A stretch of DNA of 61,520 bases, counting the filler, from Bipalium vagum (Eukaryota): NCBI GenBank assembly GCA_037834085.1. It is 3 parts of 3 records of this genome, joined end to end, with 100 filler letters (N's around TTAATTAATTAA, not from the genome) between each part and the next. Parts side by side here need not be neighbours in the genome. Positions count along the whole stretch, not along the records: positions 1 to 16,052 come from JBBMKC010129768.1; 2 more parts are not named here. One strand, written 5' to 3'. Each line of letters starts with the position of its first letter. Position 1 is the stretch's first letter. The notes beneath the pieces were generated by a model. It saw only the letters and a program-made list of their open reading frames with translations, was not told where the DNA came from and ran no database searches. Positions 1-13,479 of the stretch are shown here, piece after piece. Position numbers and translations under genes: made by a program.

Positions 1-197
1 CTGACTAAAAATCAGTAGTTGTTACTATTTAAAATTTATTTTATTAAAAATTATTATATTTTGATAATTTTTAGGATACATGCTACTGGTTAGAAATCAG
101 TAGTTGTTCCTAAATAATATTTAAAATTTATTTTTCATAATTTATTTAATTAATTTAATTAATTTAATGCATGATTTTAAATTGGCCAGCGTATTAA

Positions 198-600
198 CTA
201 AACCTTATTTTTCACCAAAATTTTATTTATAAAGATTAAAAGATTGGAGTCGAACCTCAACACTCGTAAAAAATCATCAAGGTGCTTAAAAAAATGAAAG
301 TCAGTTGGCAACAGATCTAGTGAATAAGTTGGATGATAACTGTATGATAACAATAAAACTAGAACTTTATAATCCAACTCCTTCAATATTTTTAACGTAA
401 ACCGTGAGAATGTGATTTCACATTGTCGCAAAGTAAAATTAGTTTTCTTTAGTTGCAAAATTGGTTTAGGAAAATGTTTTTGGTGCTTCATCTCTATTAA
501 GCCATTGTTTGAGCGACGATAGCTGTGAAAGGATCCACCAAATTCGACAAAACAAAAAGCCAACGGTCTCATTCACAATTGATCTAACATAAATCATCCT
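198..600 (-). mobile_element. Degenerate mariner transposase fragment
   Basis: ORF 198..572 contains LKELDYKVL...HPTYSLDLLPTDFHFFKHLDDFL, matching the mariner HPPYSPDLAPSDFHLF motif. Confidence 0.75.
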
Positions 601-836
601 TTTTGATCATCCTTTGTGATTATATAACATTTGTATTTTAAAAAATATTTGTGATTATCTGTGGTGCATGAAAATATAACGTTTGTATATGTAATTATCT
701 TTATCATTTTGAAAACAATAACATTTAGTTTTTTATGTGATTATTTTTGTTGCATAATGAAAAATTAAGATAAATATTAAATCTTTTTTTATTCTTCTTT
801 TTTAATTAATTAAATTCAGATTATATTAATTAGTAG

Positions 837-1457
837 TGTAGAAAAGACATTTACTCAAAGTAAATAAAAAGCAAGGTATAGTTACTAAAAAGTCAAATAT
901 ATGTACTTAAAATAAATAAAAGGATATTTACTTAAAATATATATAAAAAAGATATATCTGCTTAAAATAAATATTCGCTAACCATCGCTAGCAAGATTAG
1001 TAAGATTTTAGTAAAATTAGTAAATAATAAAATCAACCAATTAAAATCGTTGAAGACTGAAAACGGGAATATATAAATCCCTGTTTTCAGTCATAAAATC
1101 AGACACAAAAAAGATTCTCAAATCTACAAATAATTTTTTTCGTAGAATAAAAGCTAGGTTAGGAAAATATATCTAATAAAGACGAATTAAAGTAAAGCAA
1201 AAAATAATTAATTAATATAATTAATAAACATCGATAATTAAAGAAAACATCTTTAGATTATCGATTTCTTTTGTCATTTTCTTATTTCTCTTTTACTGTT
1301 TCCTTGACAACCCTACTCTACTAACCTTTAGGATTAAGAGTAAGACTTTAATAATAAAAAGAGCCTCTTCAATTTTTCGACAATCAAGAGCGAAAATGAT
1401 AATAATAATTATTATTATTATTATAATTTTTTAAAGTGTTTCAGTGTTGATTCTACA
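837..1457 (+). mobile_element. Solo-LTR-like element
   Basis: Termini TGTAGAA (837) and TTCTACA (1457) form a 7-bp inverted repeat. Internal CCAAT (~1037) is followed by TATATAAA (~1070) and TCAGTC. No clear target-site duplication. Confidence 0.5.
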
Positions 1458-1679
1458 TAATTGTATATATATTTTGTAATAAAATAAATATATATTTTAA
1501 AAAGAAAGTATTATTTTAGTTTCTTATACTCTCCTTTTATATACAGGTCCTTCGGAGAAGTTGGTGAGCCATAATACAATTCAATTTAATTTAACAAATA
1601 AGTTGAGGCTGTATAAACCCCAATAGCTGTTATAGTGTACATTTTTGTCGAATGAGAATATTCAATCAAAAATTGGTTC

Positions 1680-1775
1680 ATTTCGATTGCGTAAAGGTAG
1701 TGACGAAGAAACTTTTAAACAATTTTCTAATTATCGTCCAATTAGTGAGAAATCAATTTCTCAAGTTTTATAATC
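1680..1775 (+). mobile_element. LINE reverse-transcriptase micro-fragment
   Basis: Translates as RKGSDEETFKQFSNYRPIS, the K.G....NYRPIS motif of non-LTR RTs. Confidence 0.45.
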
Positions 1776-2099
1776 TTTCCAATGCATCTCAAATTATTTG
1801 AAACTATTTCAGCACTTTCTCCAAGTCACTTCGCATTTTTTAGTAAAAAGAAAGACCAAATGTTTTATTAGTAATAAAAATTATAATCAATGATGTGTTG
1901 TCCTTTTTGTTCCAAGATCTTCTGCAATCTACCAAAAAAATTTAATATCCCAACCTTTAAAATGACTTAAGTTCTTTAAATTAAGATTTAAAGATAGGTA
2001 TAAAAATCGAAATGACTTTCCTAACAACCAAATACATACTTCCATGTCTATTTCGAGAGTTTTTCTTTTTTATATTTGGCGGTTAAGTTAAAAACTTAT

Positions 2100-2390
2100 A
2101 TATGTTGTCTGTGTTTTTCGCCCCATCTGACAACCACTTATTCGAGTCGATGCAGCACTCGTTGGATGGAAAAATTTAAAACTGTTAAAGAAGTCAGACT
2201 TTGGGTCTCCGAATACTTTAATGTTAGAAAATGGCATTCGAAATGTCATTCATTCTCTTTGTGGAAAATGTCCAAATATTTGTTGGTATTGTTTGAAATG
2301 GTATTTTAGATTAATATAAATATTTATTGTTCTTGGTATAAGATTTCGTTTTTTTAAAAACCACACAATTCTATCTTAGCAACCTAATAA
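2100..2390 (+). mobile_element. Mariner 3' fragment with terminal inverted repeat remnant
   Basis: HLFESMQHSLDG / KFKTVKEVRLWVSEYF is similar to the mariner C-terminus. Ends in ...TTAGCAACCTAATA, typical of a mariner TIR plus TA. Confidence 0.6.
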
Positions 2391-4436
2391 TAATAATAAA
2401 AGGTTTATGATTTTTTCACAAAAGTTTAGTTCAATTCGGTATGTGGATCAATCCGGAGTTCAAATTTTGAATATTGAAATGCATTTACTGCACGTTAATG
2501 TGTGGTCATCGAACTATCTATTAATTCTTACTTTATCTTATTTAACAATATTTTTCTTAATTTTTATATTTTAGTTCTTTGACCTCAACAAAAATGGAAA
2601 TTTACCCAACTAAATATATTTGGAATTTTTTATAAAATTAAATTACTTAAAAGAAAAATTAAAAAGATTATATTATTGTAAATTTAATTTTATTATATCA
2701 CGTTGCTGATGAAGTATTATCATTTATATATAAATTTATAATTAATGGCATAAAAACTGAACAATATTTTTAATATTTAAATTTAATATTTACACAATTC
2801 TATGAAAAATAATAAATCTTCCTATTATTGATATTATCTGTCATTATTTGGATTTGCAAACAAAACAGTCTTATGAATTTTTTTCTTTTAATAAATTATA
2901 ATAACTATTATATTGTTTATATTTTCGGAAGTTCTAAAAGGAAAATAATAAATGAAAGTCATTTCAAACACTTTTCTGTGTAAAATTTGTGGTACATAAC
3001 GTTTTTAAAAAATTCTGAATAAGCTAATAACTGGAAATTATGAGATTAAAATGTATTTTTATGAAGTTAAAATCACTTCATTCCTAAAATAATCACAATA
3101 AAGTAAGATCTTAGAAATTAAATGAATTTGAGTAGAATATATTTAATATTTGCTTTAATTTATATTAAATTCAAATTTTTTGTACATGTAAAAATTCTAT
3201 GGAACAGTACTAAATGGAATTTCAATGCTAATGACTCAACAAAAATTAACCAAAGTTAAATAAAATAGATGAATTCAAATTTCCAATTTATGTTGAAATT
3301 CACCAAAAAAATTATAATGCCACAATTATTTTAAAATGATCAATTTTTAACAAAATTTTTACAAAATATGTATTAAGTCGAAAAATTAAAAAAAACCTTT
3401 TTTCAATGTCAAATTTCGTTATCTAAAGAACTAGTTAGTTACGTAAAACATATTTTATAGATTAATAGATCAAGAAATAGAATTTGTGAAAAAAATGTTT
3501 CAACACGTTTTGCTTATAAAAAATGATTTAACATATTTCAATTTTAAATTAATGTTTGGAACATGATATTTTAATTAAACTTTACATATTTACCGTCAAA
3601 ATAATTAAATTTTTATATTAAATATTGTGTAGTTAAGAAAAGGATCATTTTTATGAAATTTCTTTTTTTTCAGGAAAGAATTAAAAATTTTTACTAATTA
3701 AAAATGAACCAATGTATTTAGGACTTTCTTAAAATAGTTTTTGAACTTAAATATTTAAAAATTTTCAGAAAGAATAATGATTACCTTAACAATGCAATTG
3801 TACCATTAAGTAATTTTATTTAGTCATCCAATTTCCTATGTGGACTGACGTAGTTCAGTTAATATTTATTTTGTACACTTATCCTAACAATCAATTTCAC
3901 TTATTTTGAGAATTGCCTTCTATTATCCAACCGCAATTCTCACAGCTATTCGTAGCTGTAATGTTTTATCAACAATGCCCAACCAATAAGTTAGGAATAT
4001 CACAATAGTTATCAATTAAAATAACGGAAACACTTTTATTGTATTAAAATTTTATTAAAAACATAATCAACAAAGATAATACAATTTTCAATCACATTCT
4101 CTCTAATATTCAAGAAATGATGAAGCCTGATAAAAATACATTTATCTATCATGTCATTTTATACAAAAAATAATAAAATATATCAGAATTCTATTAAAAA
4201 ATGAAAATTAAATGGACTCATCAAAATTTTTGTTGTTCTTTATGTACAATTAAATAAAAATTGTTTACATTTACGTGTGTGTATAAAAATTGAAATAATC
4301 TCAGAATTTTTATTAATGCCATGACCAATATCATTAGCCTTCTTAATTCTTAATTGAACATGACAATAGAAACATCAAATCATAATAATAATATTATCAG
4401 TATTATTATTATAAGTAATATCTCCATCGATTTGTA

Positions 4437-7400
4437 TTAATATTGATTGGATTCATCGAAGTCTTTTGATCGGTTGAAGTATTTCGCTGAATTCTAAAAA
4501 TTTAATTTTTCATCATATTTTTCATTTCTCATTTATACTTGATTTTAATTATTGAGAAATTGATCAATAATGAAAAAACAAAATTATTAATAATTTAAAT
4601 AAAAATTATGTAAATCGATAAAATGTTAAATTAATAAAAATTAAAGATGACCAGTTGCAATTAAATTCACCAATGACATAAGATAAAAATTCAAGAAAGA
4701 AATACTATCTCCGTTTCTTTCACAGTGCAACTCCGTTATCAGAAAAAAAATGATCATAAAGTAAATAATATTTTTTGTAATACAAAAGAAGTTATACTGT
4801 GGAAATTATTAAATTTTAAAATCAAAAGTTACAGAATATAAATTATATTTATTTTAAAATTAAAAAATCTATTTTTGATATAAGAAATCGATAATTAGAA
4901 ATATCATGGTAAGATAAGATATTTTTTGTAAAATTTGATTTGTCATGGTTTTTTATTGTTTTGTTGAAAATTTGGCGATCACAAAATTAAATGATATAAT
5001 CAAATTTATTTGTTAAAATTTTAACCGCGACAACGAATGTGATTTAAAATGTGATCGCTTCTAACCTATTATTCTGTTTACAGAACCCAGTTCGATTATG
5101 AATCATCATCAAACTTTATATGGGAAGTAATACTGAAGAAATCAAAGGCAATCTCAGAAGCAAAAATTCATCCAGTGTTTTTTTCGTTTCTTGGCGCCCA
5201 ATAATTCCATAATGAAATTTTCATATTCATAATGTTTCTGAAAGTTATTCCTTGATGTTGAACACCATAGCGAAGACTTTTTAAAGCTTCTTGCATTTGA
5301 GAATCAATTGGCGGAGTCCCTAAAATTTCTTTTTTAATTTTTTCGTCATTGTTTAGTGATATATTGGAATCTATAACAGATTGACAAAGTCTGATGTTGT
5401 CATTGTTAACTGCTGTTGGAACATCATTATGATACCAATTATCAAATTTGTCTTTTAACAAGATATCGCTAGTTATCTATTACTAAGAGAATTTTTACAT
5501 GAGGATCCCATTTAACCAAAGAATTGCTAAAAATTAGACTATTTATCATGCATTTTGACTAGAATTATAATTAACAGACAAACGTTTAACACCTTCAAAG
5601 CATTACTTTTCCAATTACTAACAAGTCTTCTCACCTTCCATATTAGCACAACAAAGAATTATCACTTGGTTTTTAAAAGTTTTGAATCCTTTATCACTTT
5701 CATTTTAAATGTATATGTTCAGGCATTGCATTAAAATAGAGTGCTATTTCATCTGCTTTGTAAATAAATAATTTTTGGCTTATTCAATCATCGACAGCAC
5801 GAAAATCAGCATTTTTTCGTCTTTAAATTTTCCATACCAATATTTTTTACAAATTCATGTGCTTTTTGTCGCATAATAGACCGTAAATCTGAGAATGATA
5901 ATCCGGTTGATATTCATTTGTAAATTTTTTATTTGATAAAATTTTATTTTTAAATAAATTAATAACAAACCGAATTTTTTATTACAATGCATGACTTATT
6001 TTTAATTAATTTACATAGACAAATCGGGACCTGATATTTTTGATAACTGATTAATAAAATTAACCATGATCACATTAAGCGGATTCTATTGTACTTTCAT
6101 CTTTGAGATCATGTCAAGAAAAACTGCACTTATAATTTGAATTTCGTAAAAATAATTGATTGATTAATATTTCCCAAAATTTTGCGATTGCAATAAATAC
6201 GATTTTGGGTTTAATACTATGTTCAAAATGTCCCTTTAAAAATTCCCGGCAATAGAATTTCAGAAAAATAATTTTTGAATAGATTTATTGAACTTTCATT
6301 AATATAAATCCAACGTTTAACGTAATTAAACTTAATTTTATAAAGAGATACCCGTGTATAAAATATTTAATAAAAAATCAATCAGTAATTTATCAAATCT
6401 CAATGCTTGAAGATCAACGAATTTGTATTGCATTTTGTCAATAGAACTATTTATCAACACTGGAGATAATGCAATAATGTTTTCGTGATCAATGAATCTC
6501 CCAAGATGCACGGCCAACGTATTTGTAAAACCTTGCATCAACCGACCACTAATACATTGTATCTAGACTTATACATCGGAAGCACTTAAAAATTTTGCAA
6601 AATCAGTAACGTATTATTGTCACTCAAATGCTTTCTAAAAACGATTTATTATTTGAAAACGTTATTATCCTGGCGAGACATGGATGTATCATCCAGAAAA
6701 AAAACAACTAAGTGAATTGTATGAAAAATGATTGAAAACAAAGAGTTTATCAAGGTCATTCCAAAATCAAGGTAACGTGATTCTCTTGTAATTTTCATGG
6801 TCTAGTTCATTTTTCTTGTTCGTTAAATATTACACAATGAATATTAATTTATAAGTCAGGCGACGTTTGAGAGAACCAGTTTGTATAAAACGACCGGATT
6901 CGTGTATTTTGCACAATCTCATACTGAGTTCATTATCCTTAGGTACAATATTCATTTAATATTGTTCCGTGAAACTTTACATATTTTCCTCTGCTGAAGT
7001 CACTACTTTTTGTCCATAATTTTGAGTCAGTAGAACAGATTCAATAAAAATCATAACAGATCCTGGAGGCTATTGCGAAAATAGAATATAAAATTTGCTT
7101 CGATCATTAGAAACAACAACGGCATAATTTTGTTGCAGTGATTTGGAACTACATCTAAGGAGATACAATGAAATGTTGATTATTAAATATTTTGTTTTTT
7201 TGAAAATTCTCAAAACTTTTGGAACAGAAGAGTTTCTTCAATAAGTTTAATTTATTTCCAAAAATAAAATATAACAATTCAGATTATAATAACTTGTTGA
7301 AAACCAACTTTTACTTTAAAAATAATACACATAGACAACATTAAATAAATTAATAAGAATTATTATTTATATATTATTATTAGTTTTCGTTGTTATTTTT

Positions 7401-9249
7401 AAAAACACTATATTAACACATGATAGCAATAACGAAAACTTTTTAATGCCTGGATTTATTTTTATTAAAATCAAATAATGGAGTATCTGGACTTTGATAT
7501 GAATGATTAAGTTTAAAAAGTATTCTCTAATTACTTTATTGATCAATGGGGGATTTGAAATTGCAGTTGACTTGAGCATAGTCACTGATCTGGGAGGCGG
7601 AGTTGGTGCATTTCGTTTAGGTACAGCATTTAACACTATTTCCTGTGGTGAAGGATTTTTCCGAGATACACTCTGACTATATGGAGGTGGCGATTTATTT
7701 GGATATACAGGTGGCCTTGAAGAATTATTTTCTGAACCAGAAGAATTGGGATGATGATAATGCATAACTGTTTTGTTGTTACCTCCGTGTGATGGAACAA
7801 AATTATCTATTAGAATAAAAGGCTTTTAATAAAAAGATAAAACTGCAGACATTTCAACAAATCAATAAAAATTTTAATAAAACTACAGGCAATAATCCAC
7901 CCAAGAATTAAAAATTAAGTATATATAAATTGTTTTATTTAATGGTAAAAAAGAATGAAATTTTTTTATAAATAAATATTGTTAAAAAAATAGAACGAAA
8001 AACTAAAATATTTATGTAAATTATTTTTAACTTCAATATTTCATAAAAATTTAATTTCTAAAAATTAAACAAAATTTTCAGGTAAATATAAAATGGATTT
8101 TTGTTCATTATTAAAAGATTTTCCTAAAAATAATAGATGACCTAATTCAAACGATAATAATTTTATGGTACTTATTATTGTTCAACATTATTAAAAATTA
8201 TTTACCTATCAAAAAAAAACAATAATGATTTCGAATATTTGTAAAATATCTTTTTCAATATTTAAGAGATTTCTTGAATATTATAAAATAATTAATTTCG
8301 CTTATTTACGAATTTTTTACCCATGTATACGGCCATTTTATACAAACTGATATTTACAAACGATGCATGAGTTACAAATAGTATTCCTTATTTAGTATTA
8401 AAAAAAATCCAGTCTATTTTCAAAAACGACTCCCTTTGATCCTAACTTGTTATCTTTTTATTTATTTATCAGTATTTTTTTATTATTGTTCTTAAGCAAT
8501 TATCATTAGTTGAAAGAGAAAACATCCAGCTTCTCATAATTTATTAAAACCATTGTCAAATCACGAAATATTGGGAAAAACCAATACCAATCTCTGTTTA
8601 TAATAAATTTTCTCAGTAATATATGAAAAATTCAATCAAATTTTTTTCAATTATTTTCATCTGACTCATTTGGAATGAGTAAAGCTCTGTGACACCATTT
8701 CTCCCAACTTGTCTCAAATAACATTATTACTTGATTTTCCTTTTTCATATATGATATAATCTACAGTTTAATAAATCTCAATGATTTTCTCTGGAATAAA
8801 CAGACAAAAAATTATTTGAGAATCTTGTGAAAATCAAATTCAATTTCGATGATATACTGTGGAAAATATCAACTGTTGAAACTTATTATAACTTATTGTC
8901 GTTATTTTTCTTGTTTTAATTTTATAGAAATATTTTTTAAAAATATAATAAACAATTAAATAATAATTAAATATTTTTTAGATACATTAAATTTGTGTGT
9001 ATTTTATAATACATATTTCTAATTAATAAAATCATGTGGTATTAATTTGATCAATGATTTCTTATAAAATACTTTGTTTTCTAAGTAAAATTTTCTAAAA
9101 CATAAATTAAAGTTATCTATGAAAAAACAATAGCATTTCATGAGACATGAATGATAATGACAAAATTTCAGAGAATTTATATCTGGAAAGTAATATTTTA
9201 AAATCAATAAAATATTTGATATTCTGAAACGTAATCATTGAAAGATCAA

Positions 9250-9282
<33 letters not shown>

Positions 9283-12200
9283 TATATTAAATATTATGAC
9301 ATGTTCATCGACAGGTGACTTGTGAGAACTTTGAAAAAAGTATCGTACACAGTAAAGACTTCAAAAATCCAACAACATATATAGCAGTGTTTTAACATCA
9401 TCATCTGAATAAAATATGAAATTAAGTCTAAAAATTGTCTATTTTGTGGGAAGACAAATATTCAGACAACTGAACTTTGCCAGAAAACAAACACTATTTA
9501 CATATAGAATTAAAATCCCAACACAGTCGATTATGCAAAATATATATTCATGAAATTTATTGTAACTTGTTACATTTGAAATCAAAAAACTAATGACAAA
9601 CAAGAAATTGATATCCAAGATCAATTTAAAAATTAAAAATAAAAGAATTTAATGAATTATCTTATTTATTCTGTATTTCGTATAATAAAATCTAACACAC
9701 GATAATAAAAATTAAAGAATAAAAGTAATTGATCACTGTTTGTTTAAAATTAATCGGAGATACCGGGATTCGAGTCCGGAATCTTTCGTATGCGCCTGGA
9801 CTGCTCTGACCACTGAGCTACATCCTCCAGACTTTTCAATTTATCTCACAATCACGACAATGAATAATTATGAATAATATACAAAGAAACTGTGCAAAAG
9901 TATAAGTTAAACTTTCAGAATATTTTTTTATTGATAAAACAGATCCATAATTAATGGAAAAAATTAAAAATTCATAAATTGAAAATTTGTTAGTGAAATA
10001 TTTTAAATAAGAAATTTAACAAAAAAATAAAATATTACATTATTGTGCCCTCTATAAAGAAAACATATTTCAAATGAGAATTTTATGACAGTAAGTGTTA
10101 AAATATCAATAATTAACTTAAATTTTAAAAAAACCGATTTGACATGATAGGATGATTTCAAGTTTGAAATTCTATGAAAAACGACGTATAAAAGCTGTTA
10201 TAATTTCAATTGTGAAAAATATTGTTTGACTTATCTCTTAGGTCCTTTTAGAGTATTGAATTGAAGAAATTTGAAAAAATGAATATTATTTTGGCCAGAC
10301 AGTGAGAAATTTTTTAACCCATGTTAACATTAAAGGAGAATAAGTTAAATAAGATTAGGATAAAAACTATAAAATAATCAATAATAATAATTTTTATAAT
10401 TATAATAAACCAATTTTAAAAATGAAACCATACAAAATTAAAAATTAATGATAAATATTAGAACGCAAGCTATTCTCACAACAGAGATCATGCAAATAAA
10501 TCGAAATGCTCAAAGGAAAAATTACTTAGTTTCTGATATTGAGATATTGCTCTAGCAGTTTCATATGACGGCAAATCGGGCTTCATGCATTTCTTCCGAT
10601 CTATTCATTCACAATGGTAAAATCATAGTTTATTTATTATGAAAAAAGCTGCCGTCATTTCAATACTCTTAAATGTATTAGAGTTGCAAAAATGAATCTA
10701 CCATACTAACCTGAATAGTAAGGAGTGTTCAAAGGGGCATCAATTGGTGGGTAATAATAACCCATCCTGTTATTTTCCATCTGCATCATATGACTTTGTT
10801 GAAGGTTAATAGTAACCCCACCCGGAACGAAATTATGTTCTCTTTTCAATTGAGTTTTTGCAGAAAGCTCTAGAAACAATATAACATGAAAAACAAAGTT
10901 AATTTAAGCAATCGAGTAAAGTGTTCTTGACATATAAGTTGGATATTTAAAAAAACTAAAGAAAAAACTCCAGTGATAACGCGTATAATTTAAAGTTGTG
11001 GATTTAAAATATTAAACTTAAGAAAATTATCATTCCGATTTTCGAGTGAAAATTAAATCTAGTCACATTAATTAATATGTAAAACGTAGAACACAAAATT
11101 AAATACAAAACCACAAAAATAATTTATATAAAAAAATATGAACAGTTTAACAAAAATGTCAAATTTTCTGAATGCGTGACCGATTTTAAACCGATAATAA
11201 TTGAGATAAAAATTTTCTCATCATATTCTATTGTTTCAATTCTTTTAATATCCCATCTAAATCAACTCAATCTGATTTATTGATTTACTTTATTAATAAT
11301 AAATGTGAAACAATTTGATAAGAAATTGAATTAAAAACGATCATTTAAATAATGGAAAGCATAGAAAATACAAAAATTACATACTGACCTTGTATAAAGT
11401 TCATTTTATTATTGTACATTGGAATATTAATTAAAATGTTCTTGTCATTCATGGCATTTGCGTTACGCATTCCACTTCTTTTGTCATTGTCCGGTGTCAA
11501 TGGTTGCTTTCTTGGTACTTTCTTTGTAGACGAAACCAGCTCCATCATTTTGTTGATGTCCTCTTGATTTTGACAGCTGAAAATCGAATGAGGTCTATTT
11601 CTTGATTTTTCATTGTTTAATTCAGCAGAAGACTGTGAAACAGTGATGTGAGGCAAATGAGCTGTTGTTACTATTGGCTTAATTTGACAAACATTTGGTG
11701 AAATAGACGGTTTGGGTGAAGAGATCTCTTTACAAGTTTCTGCGTGTTCAGTGACTTTGGTTTCCGTAACTCCTAAAAATATTAAATTTTTGCGTGAAGT
11801 TTAAAATTTTTCAAATTGAAAAGCGAAAGCCTGAATCAATTAATGAATTATCATGAACCTGGAGATTTTGCGTTTGTAGAGACATTGACTGAACTGTATT
11901 GGGGTGGCTCCAGATTTTGTGACAGATTGTGCAAATACTCAATGTTTTTTTCAACTTGAAAGTTATCAAAGTAAACTTGGAACTTTAATGTTGACATCCA
12001 CTCTTCATAGATCTTCTTAGGTGTTTTTGAATTTTCAGACATATTGATTGATTTTCTTTTACCGTGTTTCTTTTTCAATGTTCGATTCAAAGCTAAGGAA
12101 ATTTTGATTTTAAAAAAATTAAATATTACTGGATTGATTAAAACCAAAGACATTTTAGATAAAAGAAATATGGACTTATGTGAATAATTGATATCATATA

Positions 12201-13443
12201 ATAAAATTCGACTTCGAAATTTATCCTTTTCTTAAAAATCAGTAAAAAATTAATCTAACAGTTGAGTGAAAAATTAAAATAAAAAAAATTTTTCTGAGAC
12301 AAAACCTGAAGAAATTTCTTTTTTTTACGCGATTTTTAATATTAAAAAATCAGTTATCAATTAAAATCAATTTTCGTGTGATGTCATTTTTATAAATATT
12401 TTAATTACATTATATAAACATAAAATTATGAAATGTATAAAGAAAAAAAACTATATAAAAATACCAAATTGATCCACAGAGTTTGAACGCCCTTTTTTGG
12501 CATAATTGTCAGAATTATTACTGCAACCTGATATGCCACTTGTGGCATCCGATTCATCTATTGAGATGGAGGATTGAGTTTTGTATTTTCTGTTTCTCAC
12601 AGACGACAATATGCATTGAAGACTATACACAGTATTGCACATTCGATTGAGTTTTCGTATCTGAAAAAATGATATGAAATTCCAAAACATATATTTTGAG
12701 ATCTGTTGAAAAAGATAGACTTCAAAAAACAGAATAGTCAAAAATTGAAAATTTACATAAATTATTAAAAACTATTTAGTGAAAAAAATTAATAGTCCAA
12801 ATAAATTAAGCTATGGAATTTATTACAAAAATTGTTCAGACAATAAGGAATCAAAGATTTTTTCAAAAAAATCTACTTGGTTTCATTGTTTAAAATTCTT
12901 AAACATTAAATGTAAACGAAAAAACAGAATTGATTTTTTATACTCCCACAGACAGATTTTCAATAGAAAAAGTTATATATCCTGCGAAAATGAGAATTAA
13001 ATTACGATTCTATAAATGAGTAAGTTAGCGTATTGTAATTATTACCCATAAAAGTTTTGGGTACAATAATGTAAATTGATATATAATAGTGATCATCAAT
13101 AGCACAAAGTCAATCAATATATAATTTATTTACTTTAAATGTTTATACTGTGAACATATCAAAATATATAATATTAATAATTTATGTCTGCGGAAATAAA
13201 GTTTGAGCTCACTGAATTACACAATACATATTTCAATTGATAAGAAATAAATGATAGTGAAAATGAATTGCATTAACATATATGCGTTTATATAAAAATA
13301 TGTGACTTTCTCGTTATTAAGTACCAAATATTTACAAGTATTTAAGTTCTTAGTTAATAATTAATGGTCATTATTAGTACATTAAAAATTATAATTTATT
13401 ACCATTACTATTATCATTAATGGTGTTGATATTATTATTAATA

Positions 13444-13479
<36 letters not shown>

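Noticed and set aside
1-140. Two ~85-bp-spaced copies of AAATCAGTAGTTGTT...ATTTAAAATTTATTTT
   Set aside because: Only two degenerate copies at the window edge; a simple local duplication, not an array.
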